Assembly: GCA_964016885.1 (NCBI GenBank)
Contig: OZ024744.1
Span: 10,974,001 to 11,038,000 of the forward strand
Length of the DNA: 64,000 nucleotides
Reading direction: 5' to 3'
Source of the DNA: Eledone cirrhosa
Taxonomy: Eukaryota
The position numbers and the translations under genes are program-made. Within the stretch, counting starts at the first letter, position 1. Every line of letters starts with the position of its first letter. A model generated the notes under the pieces. It did not search any database. It worked only from the letters and a program-made list of their open reading frames with translations, and was not told the origin of the DNA. Positions 29,101 to 42,400 of the stretch are shown here, in pieces.

Positions 29101-32100
29101 GTGTTGTTTTACTCCAATATGTTGTATTGTTGATCTCCAATATGTCATATTATACTCCAATAAGTTGTGTTCTTGTACTCCAATATGTGTTGTTGTTGTA
29201 CTCCAATATGTTGCGTTGTTGTACTCCAATATATCATGTTGTCGTACTCCAATATGTCATGTTATACTCCAATATGTTTTGATGCTGTACTCCAATATGT
29301 TGTGTTGTTGTACTACAATATGCTGTGTTGTTGTACTCCAATATGTTGTGTTGTTATACTCCAATATGTTGTGTTGTTGTACTCCAATTTGTTGTGTTGT
29401 TATACTCCAATATGTAGTGTTGTTATACTCCAATATGTTGTGTTGTTGTACTCCAATCTGTTGTGTTGTTATACTCCAATATATTGTGTTGTTATACTCC
29501 AATATGTTGTGTTGTTTTACTCCAATATGTTGTGTTGTACTCCAATATGTTGTATTGTTGTTCTCCAATATGTCATGTTATACTCCAATAAGTGGTGTTC
29601 TTGTACTCCAATATGTTGTGTTGTTGTACTCCAATATGTTGTTTTGTTGTACTCCAATATATCATGTTGTCGTACTCCAATATGTCACGTTATACTCCAA
29701 TATGTCGTTGTTATACTCCAATATGTCATGATGTTGTACTCCAATGTGTCGTGTTCTTGTACTCCAATATGTCGTGTTGTCGTACTCCAATATGTTGTGT
29801 TGTTGTACTCCAATATGTTGTGCTGTTGTACTCCAATATGTTGTGTTGTTGTACTCCAATATGTTGTGTTGTTATACTCCAATATGTTATGTTGTTGTAC
29901 TCCAATATGTCTTGTTGTTGTACTCCAATATGTTTTGATGTTGTACTCCAATATGTTGTGTTGTTGCACTCCAATATGTTTTGATGTTGTACTCCAATAT
30001 GTTGTGTTGTTGTACTCCAATATGTTGTGTAGTCGTACTCCAATATGTTGTGTTGTTGTACTCTAATATGTTTTGTTGTTATTCTCCAATATGTTGTGAT
30101 GTTGTACTCCAATGTGTTGTGTTGTTGTACTCCAATGTGATGTGTTGTTGTACTCCAAAATGTTGTGCTGTTGTACTCCAATATTTTTTGTTTTTTGTAC
30201 TCCAATATGTTGTGTTGTTATACTCCAATATGTTGTGTTGTTATACTCCAATATGTTGTGCTGTTGTACTCCAAATCTCGTGTTGTTATACTCCAATGTG
30301 TTGTGTTGTTATACTCCAATATGGTGTGTTGTTGTACTCCAATATGTTGTATTGTTTTCTCCAATATGTCATGTTATACTCCAATATGGTGTGTTCGTGT
30401 ACGCCAATATGTTGTGTTATTGTACTCCAATATGTTGCGTTGTTGTATTCCAATATGTTGTGTTGTTATACTCCAATATGTCGTGTGGCTGTACTCCAAT
30501 ATGTCATGTTGTTGTACTCCAATATGTCTTGTTATAGTCCAATATGTCGTGTTGTTGTACTCCAATATATCATGTAGTTGTACTCCAATATTTCGTGTTG
30601 TTGTACCCCAATATGTAATGTTGTTTATACTCCAATATGTTTTGCTGTTGTACTCCAATATGTTGTGTTGCTGTACTCCTATATGTTGTGTTGTTATTCT
30701 CCAATATGTTGTGCTGTTGTACTCCAATGTGTTGTGTTGTTATACTCCAATATGTTCTGTTGTTGTACTCCAATATGTTGTGTTGTTGTACTCCAATATG
30801 TTGTGTTGTTGTACTCCAATGTGCTGTGTTGTTGTACTCCAATATGTTGTGTTGTTGTACTCCAATATGTTGTGTTGTTGTACTCCAATATGTTGTGTTG
30901 TTATACTCCAATATTTCGTGTGGTTGTACTCCAATCTGTTGTGTTGTTGTACTCCAATGTGTTGTGTTGTTGTACTCCAATATGTTGTGCCGTTGTACTC
31001 CAATATGTCATGTTATACTCCAATATGTTGTGTTCGTGTACTCCAATATGTTGTGTTATTGTACTCCAATATGTTGCGTTGTTGTACTCCAATATGTTGT
31101 GTTGTTATACTCCAATATGTTGTGTTGTTGTACTCCAATATGTCATGTTGTTGTACTCCAGTATGTCTTGTTATACTCCAATATGTCGTGTTGCTGTACT
31201 CCAATATGTCATGCTGTTGTACTCCAATATTTCGTGTCGTTGTACTCCAATATGTCGTGCTTTTGTACTCCAATATGTTGTGTTGTTGTAATCCAATATC
31301 TTGTGTTGTTATACTCCAATATGTTGTGTTGTTGTACTCCAATATGTTGTGTTGTTATACTCCAATATGTTGTGTTATGATACTCCAATATGTTGTGTTG
31401 TGATACTCCAATGTGTTGTGTTGTTGTACTCCAATATGTTGTGTTGTTGTACTCCAATATGTTGTGTTGTTATACTCCAATGTGGTGTGCTGTTGTAATC
31501 CAATATGTTATGTTGTACTCCAATATGTTGTGTTGTTATACTCCAATATGTAGTGTTGTTATACTCCAACATGTTGTGTTGTTGTACCCCAATATGTCGT
31601 GTTGATTATACTACAATTTTTGTTGCTGTTGTACTCCAATATGTTGTGTTGTTGTACTCTAATATGTTGTGTTGTTATTCTCCAATATGTTGTGCTGTTG
31701 TACTCCAATGTGTTATGTTGTTATACTCCAATATGTTGTGCTGTGATACTCCAATATGTCATGTTGTTGTACTCCAGTATGTCTTGTTATACTCCAATAT
31801 GTCGTGTTGCTGTACTCCAATATGTCATGCTGTTGTACTCCAATATGTTTTGCTGTTGTACTCCACTGTGTTGTGTTGTTGAACTCCAATATGTTGTGTT
31901 GTTGTTCTCCAATATTTTGTGCTGTTGTACTCCAATTTGTGTTGTTGTACTCCAATATGTTGTGTTGTTGTACTCCAATATGTTGTGTTGTTGTACTCCA
32001 ATATGTTGTGTTGTTATACTCCAATATGTTGTGCTGTTGTACTCCAATATTTCGTGTTGTTGTACTCCAATACGTCGTGTTGTTGTACTCCAATATGTTT

Positions 32101-34869
32101 TGATGTTGTACTCAAATATGTTGTGTTGTTGTACTCCAATATGTTTTGATGTTGTACTCCAATATGTTGTGTTGTTGTACTCCAATATGTTGTGTAGTCG
32201 TACTCCAATATGTTGTGTTGTTGTACTCCAATATGCTGTGATGTTGTACTCCAATATGATGTGATGTTGTACTACAATGCGTTGTGTTGTTGTACTCCAA
32301 TGTGATGTGTTGTTGTACTCCAATATGTTGTGCCGTTGTACTCCAATATTTTTTATTTTTGTACTCCAATATGTTGTGTTGTTATACTCCAATATGTTGT
32401 GTTGTTATACTCCAATATGTTGTGTTGTTGTACTCCAAATCTCGTGTTGTTATACTCCAATGTGTTGTGTTGTTATACTCCAATATGGTGTGTTGTTGTA
32501 GTCCAATATGTTGTATTGTTTTTCTTCCAATATGTCATGTTATACTCCAATATGTTGTGTTCGTGTACTCCAATATGTTGTGTTATTGTACTCCAATATG
32601 TTGCGTTGTTGTACTCCAATATGTTGTGTTGTTATACTCCAATATGTTGTGTTGTTGTACTCAAATATGTTGTGTTGTTATACTCCAATATGTTGTGCTG
32701 TTGTACTCCAATATGTTGTGTTGTTATACTCCAATATGTAGTGTTGTTATACTCCAATATGTTGTGTTGTTGTACTCCAATCTGTTGTGTTGTTATACTC
32801 CAATATGTTGTGTTGTTGTACTCCAATATGTTGTATTGTTGTTCTCCAATATGTCATGTTATACTCCAATAAGTTGTGTTCTTGTACACCAATATGTTGT
32901 GTTGTTGTACTCCAATATGTTGTTTTGTTGTACTCCAATATATCATGTTGTCGTACTCCAATATGTCACGTTATACTCCAATATGTCGTTGTTATACTCC
33001 AATATGTCACGATGTTGTACTCCAATATGTCGTGTTCTTGTACTCCAATATGTCGTGTTGTCGTACTCCAATATGTTGTGTTGTTGTACTCCAATATGTT
33101 GTGTTGTTGTACTCCAATATGTTGTGTTGTTGTACTCCAATATGTTGTGTTGTTATACTCCAATATGTTGTGCTGTTGTACTCCAATATTTCGTGTTGTT
33201 GTACTCCAATACATCGTGTTGTACTCCAATATGTTGTGTTGTTATACTCCAATATGTTATGTTGTTGTACTCCAATATGTCTTGTTGTTGTACTCCAATA
33301 TGTTTTGATGTTGTACTCCAATATGTTGTATTGTTGTACTCTAATATGTTTTGTTGTTATTCTCCAATATGTTGTGATGTTGTACTCCAATGTGTTGTGT
33401 TGTTGTACTCCAATGTGATGTGTTGTTGTACTCCAAAATGTTGTGATGTTGTACTCCAATATTTTTTTGTTTTTTGTACTCCAATATGTTGTGTTGTTAT
33501 ACTCCAATATGCTGTGTTGTTATACTCCAATATGTTGTGCTGTTGTACTCCAAATCTCGTGTTGTTATACTCCAATGTGTTGTGTTGTTATACTCCAATA
33601 TGGTGTGTTGTTGTACTCCAATATGTTGTATTGTTTTCTCCAATATGTCATGTTATACTCCAATATGGTGTGTTCGTGTACGCCAATATGTTGTGTTATT
33701 GTACTCCAATATGTTGCGTTGTTGTACTCCAATATGTTGTGTTGTTATACTCCAATATGTCGTGTGGCTGTACTCCAATATGTCATGTTGTTGTACTCCA
33801 ATATGTCTTGTTATAGTCCAATATGTCGTGTTGTTGTACTCCAATATATCATGTAGTTGTACTCCAATATTTCGTGTTGTTGTACCCCAATATGTAGTGT
33901 TGTTTATACTCCAATATGTTTTGCTGTTGTACTCCAATATGTTGTGTTGCTGTACTCCTATATGTTGTGTTGTTATTCTCCAATATGTTGTGCTGTTGTA
34001 CTCCAATGTGTTGTGTTGTTATACTCCAATATGTTCTGTTGTTGTACTCCAATATGTTGTGTTGTTGTACTCCAATATGTTGTGTTGTTATACTCCAATA
34101 TGTTGTGCCGTTGTACTCCAATATGTCATGTTATACTCCAATATGTTGTGTTCGTGTACTCCAATATGTTGTGTTATTGTACTCCAATATGTTGCGTTGT
34201 TGTACTCCAATATGTTGTGTTGTTATACTCCAATATGTTGTGTTGTTGTACTCCAATATGTCATGTTGTTGTACTCCAGTATGTCTTGTTATACTCCAAT
34301 ATGTCGTGTTTCTGTACTCCAATATGTCATGCTGTTGTACTCCAATATTTCGTGTCGTTGTACTCCAATATGTCGTGCTTTTGTACTCCAATATGTTTTG
34401 CTGTTGTACTCCACTGTGTTGTGTTGTTGAACTCCAATATGTTGTGTTGTTGTTCTCCAATATTTTGTGCTGTTGTACTCCAATGTGTTGTGTTGTTATA
34501 CTCCAATATGTTGTGTTGTGATACTCCAATGTGTTGTGCTGTTGTAATACAATATGTTATGTTGTACTCCAATATGCTGTGTTGTTATACTCCAATATGT
34601 AGTGTTGTTATACTCCAATATGTTGTGTTGTTGTACCCCAATATGTCGTGTTGATTATACTACAATTTTTGTTGCTGTTGTACTCCAATATGTTGTGTTG
34701 TTGTACTCTAATATGTTGTGTTGTTATTCTCCAATATGTTGTGCTGTTGTACTCCAATGTGTTATGTTGTTATACTCCAATATGTTGTGCTGTGATACTC
34801 CAATATGTTGTGTTGTTGTACTCCAATCTGTTGTGTTGTTATACTCCAATATATTGTGTTGTTATACTC

Positions 34870-37800
34870 CAATATGTTGCGTTGTTTTACTCCAATATGT
34901 TGTGTTGTTGTACTCCAATATGTTGTGTTGTAGTACTCCAATATGTTGTGTTGTTGTAATCCAATATCTTGTGTTGTTATACTCCAATATGTTGTGTTGT
35001 TGTACTCCAATATGTTGTGTTGTTATACTCCAATATGTTGTGTTATGATACTCCAATATGTTGTGCTGTTGTACTCCAATATTTTGTGTTGTCGTACTCC
35101 AATATGTGATGTTGTACTCCAATATGTCCTGTTGTTATACTCCAATATGTTGTGTTGTTATACTCCAATATGTCATGGTGTTGTACTTCAATATGTCGTG
35201 TTGTTGTACTCCAATATGTTGTGTTGTTGTACTCCAATACGCGATGTTGTTGTACTCCAATATGTTGTGTTGTTGTACTCCAATATCTTGTGTTGTTATA
35301 CTCCAATATGTTGTGTTGTTATACTCCAATATGGTGTGTTGTTGTAGTCCAATATGTTGTATTGTTTTTTTCCAATATGTCATGTTATACTCCAATATGT
35401 TGTGTTCGTGTACTCCAATATGTTGTGTTATTGTACTCCAATATGTTGCGTTGTTGTACTCCAATATGTCTTGTTATACTCCAATATGTCGTGTGGCTGT
35501 ACTCCAATATGTCATGTTGTTGTACTCCAATATGTCTTGTTATAGTCCAATATGTCGTGTTGTTGTACTCCAATATGTCATGTAGTTGTATTCCAATATT
35601 TCGTGTTGTTGTACCCCAATATGTCGTGTTGTTTATACTCCAATATGTTTTGCTGTTGTACTCCAATATGTTGTGTTGCTGTATTCCAATATGTTGTGTT
35701 GTTATTCTCCAATATGTTGTGGTGTTGTACTCCAATGTGTTATGTTGTTATACTCCAATATGTTGTGCTGTGCTACTCCAATATATTGTGTTGTTGTACT
35801 CCAATGTGTTGTGTTGTTATACTCCAATATGTTGTGTTGATTTACTCCAATATGTTGTGTTGTTGTACTCCAATCTGTTGTGTTGTTATACTCCAATATG
35901 TTGTGTTGTTATACTCCAATATGTTGTGTTGTTTTACTCCAATATGTTGTGTTGTTGTACTCCAATATGTTGTGTTGTTGTACTCCAATATGTTGTGTTG
36001 TTGTAATCCAATATCTTGTGTTGTTATACTCCAATATGTTGTGTTGTTGTACTCCAATATGTTGTGTTGTTATACTCCAATATGTTGTGTTGTGATACTC
36101 CAATATGTTGTGCTGTTGTACTCCAATATGTTGTGTTGTTATACTCCAATATGTTGTGTTGTTTTACTCCAATATGTTGTGTTGTTGTACTCCAATATGT
36201 TGTATTGTTGTTCTCCAATATGTCATGTTATACTCCAATAAGTTGTGTTCTTGTACTCCAATATGTTGTGTTGTTGTACTCCAATATATAATGTTGTCGT
36301 ACTCCTATATGTCATGTTATACTCCAATATGTCGTTGTTATACTCCAATATGTCATGTTGTTGTACTCCAATATGTCGTATTGTTGTACTCCAATATGTT
36401 TTGATGTTGTACTCCAATATGTTGTGTTGTTGTACTCCAATATGTTGTGTAGTCGTACTCCAATATGTTGTATTGTTATACTCCAATATGTTGTGCTGTT
36501 GTACTCCAATATGTTCTGTTGTTGTACTCCAATATATTGTGTTGTTGTACTCCAATACGTCGTGTTGTTGTACTCCAATAGGTCGTGTTGTTGTACTCCA
36601 ATATGTTGTGTTGTTGTACTCCAATATGTTGTGTTGTTGTACTCCAATATGTTGTGTTGTTATACTCCAATATGTTATGTTGTTGTACTCCAATATGTCA
36701 TGTTGTTGTACTCCAATATGTTTGATGTTGTACTCCAATATGTTGTGTTGTTGTACTCCAATATGTTCTGATGTTGTACTCCAATATGTTGTGTTGTTGT
36801 ACTCCAATATGTTGTGTAGTCGTACTCCAATATGTTGTGTTGTTGTACTCCAATATGCTGTGATGTTGTACTCCAATATGATGTGCTCTTGTACTCCAAT
36901 GCGTTGTGTTGTTGTACTCCAATATGCTGTGTTGTTATACTCCAATATGTTGTGTTGTTGTACTCCAATATGTTGTGTTGTTGTACTCCAATATGTTGTG
37001 TTGTTGTAATCCAATATCTTGTGTTGTTATACTCCAATATGTTGTGCTGTTGTACTCCAATATGTTGAGTTGTTATACTCCAATATGTAGTGTTGTTATA
37101 CTCCAATATGTTGTGTTGTTGTACTCCAATCTGTTGCGTTATACTCCAATATGTTGTGTTGTTATACTCCAATATGTTGTGTTGTTTTACTCCAATATGT
37201 TGTGTTGTTGTACTCCAATATGTTGTGTTGTAGTACTCCAATATGTTGTGTTGTTGTAATCCAATATCTTGTGTTGTTATACTCCAATATGTTGTGTTGT
37301 TGTACTCCAATATGTTGTGTTGTTATACTCCAATATGTTGTGTTATGATACTCCAATATGTTGTGCTGTTGTACTCCAATATTTTGTGTTGTCGTACTCC
37401 AATATGTGATGTTGTACTCCAATATGTCCTGTTGTTATACTCCAATATGTTGTGTTGTTATACTCCAATATGTCATGGTGTTGTACTTCAATATGTCGTG
37501 TTGTTGTACTCCAATATGTTGTGTTGTTGTACTCCAATACGCGATGTTGTTGTACTCCAATATGTTGTGTTGTTGTACTCCAATATCTTGTGTTGTTATA
37601 CTCCAATATGTTGTGTTGTTATACTCCAATATGGTGTGTTGTTGTAGTCCAATATGTTGTATTGTTTTTTTCCAATATGTCATGTTATACTCCAATATGT
37701 TGTGTTCGTGTACTCCAATATGTTGTGTTATTGTACTCCAATATGTTGCGTTGTTGTACTCCAATATGTCTTGTTATACTCCAATATGTCGTGTGGCTGT

Positions 37801-39460
37801 ACTCCAATATGTCATGTTGTTGTACTCCAATATGTCTTGTTATAGTCCAATATGTCGTGTTGTTGTACTCCAATATGTCATGTAGTTGTATTCCAATATT
37901 TCGTGTTGTTGTACCCCAATATGTCGTGTTGTTTATACTCCAATATGTTTTGCTGTTGTACTCCAATATGTTGTGTTGCTGTATTCCAATATGTTGTGTT
38001 GTTATTCTCCAATATGTTGTGGTGTTGTACTCCAATGTGTTATGTTGTTATACTCCAATATGTTGTGCTGTGCTACTCCAATATATTGTGTTGTTGTACT
38101 CCAATGTGTTGTGTTGTTATACTCCAATATGTTGTGTTGATTTACTCCAATATGTTGTGTTGTTGTACTCCAATCTGTTGTGTTGTTATACTCCAATATG
38201 TTGTGTTGTTATACTCCAATATGTTGTGTTGTTTTACTCCAATATGTTGTGTTGTTGTACTCCAATATGTTGTGTTGTTGTACTCCAATATGTTGTGTTG
38301 TTGTAATCCAATATCTTGTGTTGTTATACTCCAATATGTTGTGTTGTTGTACTCCAATATGTTGTGTTGTTATACTCCAATATGTTGTGTTGTGATACTC
38401 CAATATGTTGTGCTGTTGTACTCCAATATGTTGTGTTGTTATACTCCAATATGTTGTGTTGTTTTACTCCAATATGTTGTGTTGTTGTACTCCAATATGT
38501 TGTATTGTTGTTCTCCAATATGTCATGTTATACTCCAATAAGTTGTGTTCTTGTACTCCAATATGTTGTGTTGTTGTACTCCAATATGTCATGTTATACT
38601 CCAATATGTCGTTGTTATACTCCAATATGTCATGTTGTTGTACTCCAATATGTCGTATTGTTGTACTCCAATATGTTTTGATGTTGTACTCCAATATGTT
38701 GTGTTGTTGTACTCCAATATGTTGTGTAGTCGTACTCCAATATGTTGTATTGTTATACTCCAATATGTTGTGCTGTTGTACTCCAATATGTTCTGTTGTT
38801 GTACTCCAATATATTGTGTTGTTGTACTCCAATACGTCGTGTTGTTGTACTCCAATAGGTCGTGTTGTTGTACTCCAATATGTTGTGTTGTTGTACTCCA
38901 ATATGTTGTGTTGTTGTACTCCAATATGTTGTGTTGTTATACTCCAATATGTTATGTTGTTGTACTCCAATATGTCATGTTGTTGTACTCCAATATGTTT
39001 GATGTTGTACTCCAATATGTTGTGTTGTTGTACTCCAATATGTTCTGATGTTGTACTCCAATATGTTGTGTTGTTGTACTCCAATATGTTGTGTAGTCAT
39101 ACTCCAATATGTTGTGTTGTTGTACTCCAATATGCTGTGATGTTGTACTCCAATATGATGTGCTGTTGTACTCCAATGCGTTGTGTTGTTGTACTCCAAT
39201 ATGCTGTGTTGTTATACTCCAATATGTTGTGTTGTTGTACTCCAATATGTTGTGTTGTTGTACTCCAATATGTTGTGTTGTTGTAATCCAATATCTTGTG
39301 TTGTTATACTCCAATATGTTGTGCTGTTGTACTCCAATATGTTGAGTTGTTATACTCCAATATGTAGTGTTGTTATACTCCAATATGTTGTGTTGTTGTA
39401 CTCCAATCTGTTGCGTTATACTCCAATATGTTGTGTTGTTATACTCCAATATGTTGTGTT
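34870..39460. repeat. 2,300-bp tandem duplication nested in 19.3-kb unit B
   Basis: ORF pairs 34862/37162, 35058/37358 and 35552/37852. The AGTACT variant occurs at 34932 and 37232. Confidence 0.9.
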
Positions 39461-42400
39461 GTTATACTCCAATATGTTGTGTTGTTTTACTCCAATATGT
39501 TGTATTGTTGATCTCCAATATGTCATATTATACTCCAATAAGTTGTGTTCTTGTACTCCAATATGTGTTGTTGTTGTACTCCAATATGTTGCGTTGTTGT
39601 ACTCCAATATATCATGTTGTCGTACTCCAATATGTCATGTTATACTCCAATATGTTTTGATGCTGTACTCCAATATGTTGTGTTGTTGTACTACAATATG
39701 CTGTGTTGTTGTACTCCAATATGTTGTGTTGTTATACTCCAATATGTTGTGCTGTTGTACTCCAATATGTTGTGTTGTTATACTCCAATATGTAGTGTTG
39801 TTATACTCCAATATGTTGTGTTGTTGTACTCCAATCTGTTGTGTTGTTATACTCCAATATATTGTGTTGTTATACTCCAATATGTTGTGTTGTTTTACTC
39901 CAATATGTTGTGTTGTACTCCAATATGTTGTATTGTTGTTCTCCAATATGTCATGTTATACTCCAATAAGTTGTGTTCTTGTACTCCAATATGTTGTGTT
40001 GTTGTACTCCAATATGTTGTTTTGTTGTACTCCAATATATCATGTTGTCGTACTCCAATATGTCACGTTATACTCCAATATGTCGTTGTTATACTCCAAT
40101 ATGTCATGATGTTGTACTCCAATGTGTCGTGTTCTTGTACTCCAATATGTCGTGTTGTCGTACTCCAATATGTTGTGTTGTTGTACTCCAATATGTTGTG
40201 CTGTTGTACTCCAATATGTTGTGTTGTTGTACTCCAATATGTTGTGTTGTTATACTCCAATATGTTATGTTGTTGTACTCCAATATGTCTTGTTGTTGTA
40301 CTCCAATATGTTTTGATGTTGTACTCCAATATGTTGTGTTGTTGCACTCCAATATGTTTTGATGTTGTACTCCAATATGTTGTGTTGTTGTACTCCAATA
40401 TGTTGTGTAGTCGTACTCCAATATGTTGTGTTGTTGTACTCTAATATGTTTTGTTGTTATTCTCCAATATGTTGTGATGTTGTACTCCAATGTGTTGTGT
40501 TGTTGTACTTCAATGTGATGTGTTGTTGTACTCCAAAATGTTGTGCTGTTGTACTCCAATATTTTTTTGTTTTTTGTACTCCAATATGTTGTGTTGTTAT
40601 ACTCCAATATGTTGTGTTGTTATACTCCAATATGTTGTGCTGTTGTACTCCAAATCTCGTGTTGTTATACTCCAATGTGTTGTGTTGTTATACTCCAATA
40701 TGGTGTGTTGTTGTACTCCAATATGTTGTATTGTTTTCTCCAATATGTCATGTTATACTCCAATATGGTGTGTTCGTGTACGCCAATATGTTGTGTTATT
40801 GTACTCCAATATGTTGCGTTGTTGTACTCCAATATGTTGTGTTGTTATACTTCAATATGTCGTGTGGCTGTACTCCAATATGTCATGTTGTTGTACTCCA
40901 ATATGTCTTGTTATAGTCCAATATGTCGTGTTGTTGTACTCCAATATATCATGTAGTTGTACTCCAATATTTCGTGTTGTTGTACCCCAATATGTAGTGT
41001 TGTTTATACTCCAATATGTTTTGCTGTTGTACTCCAATATGTTGTGTTGCTGTACTCCTATATGTTGTGTTGTTATTCTCCAATATGTTGTGCTGTTGTA
41101 CTCCAATGTGTTGTGTTGTTATACTCCAATATGTTCTGTTGTTGTACTCCAATATGTTGTGTTGTTGTACTCCAATATGTTGTGTTGTTGTACTCCAATG
41201 TGCTGTGTTGTTGTACTCCAATATGTTGTGTTGTTGTACTCCAATATGTTGTGTTGTTGTACTCCAATATGTTGTGTTGTTATACTCCAATATTTCGTGT
41301 GGTTGTACTCCAATATGTCATGGTGTTGTACTTCAATATGTCGTGTTGTTGTACTCCAATATGTTGTCTTGCTGTACTCCAATCTGTTGTGTTGTTGTAC
41401 TCCAATGTGTTGTGTTGTTGTACTCCAATATGTTGTGCCGTTGTACTCCAATATGTCATGTTATACTCCAATATGTTGTGTTATTGTACTCCAATATGTT
41501 GCGTTGTTGTACTCCAATATGTTGTGTTGTTATACTCCAATATGTTGTGTTGTTGTACTCCAATATGGCATGTTGTTGTACTCCAGTATGTCTTGTTATA
41601 CTCCAATATGTAGTGTTGCTGTACTCCAATATGTCATGCTGTTGTACTCCAATATTTCGTGTCGTTGTACTCCAATATGTCGTGCTTTTGTACTCCAATA
41701 TGTTTTGCTGTTGTACTCCACTGTGTTGTGTTGTTGAACTCCAATATGTTGTGTTGTTGTTCTCCAATATTTGGTGCTGTTGTACTCCAATGTGTTGTGT
41801 TGTTATACTCCAATATGTTGTGTTGTGATACTCCAATGTGTTGTGTTGTTGTACTCCAATATGTTGTGTTGTTGTACTCCAATATGTTGTGTTGTTATAC
41901 TCCAATGTGGTGTGCTGTTGTAATCCAATATGTTATGTTGTACTCCAATATGTTGTGTTGTTATACTCCAATATGTAGTGTTGTTATACTCCAATATGTT
42001 GTGTTGTTGTACCCCAATATGTCGTGTTGATTATACTACAATTTTTGTTGCTGTTGTACTCCAATATGTTGTGTTGTTGTACTCTAATATGTTGTGTTGT
42101 TATTCTCCAATATGTTGTGCTGTTGTACTCCAATGTGTTATGTTGTTATACTCCAATATGTTGTGCTGTGATACTCCAATATGTCATGTTGTTGTACTCC
42201 AGTATGTCTTGTTATACTCCAATATGTCGTGTTGCTGTACTCCAATATGTCATGCTGTTGTACTCCAATATGTTTTGCTGTTGTACTCCACTGTGTTGTG
42301 TTGTTGAACTCCAATATGTTGTGTTGTTGTTCTCCAATATTTTGTGCTGTTGTACTCCAATTTGTGTTGTTGTACTCCAATATGTTGTGTTGTTGTACTC

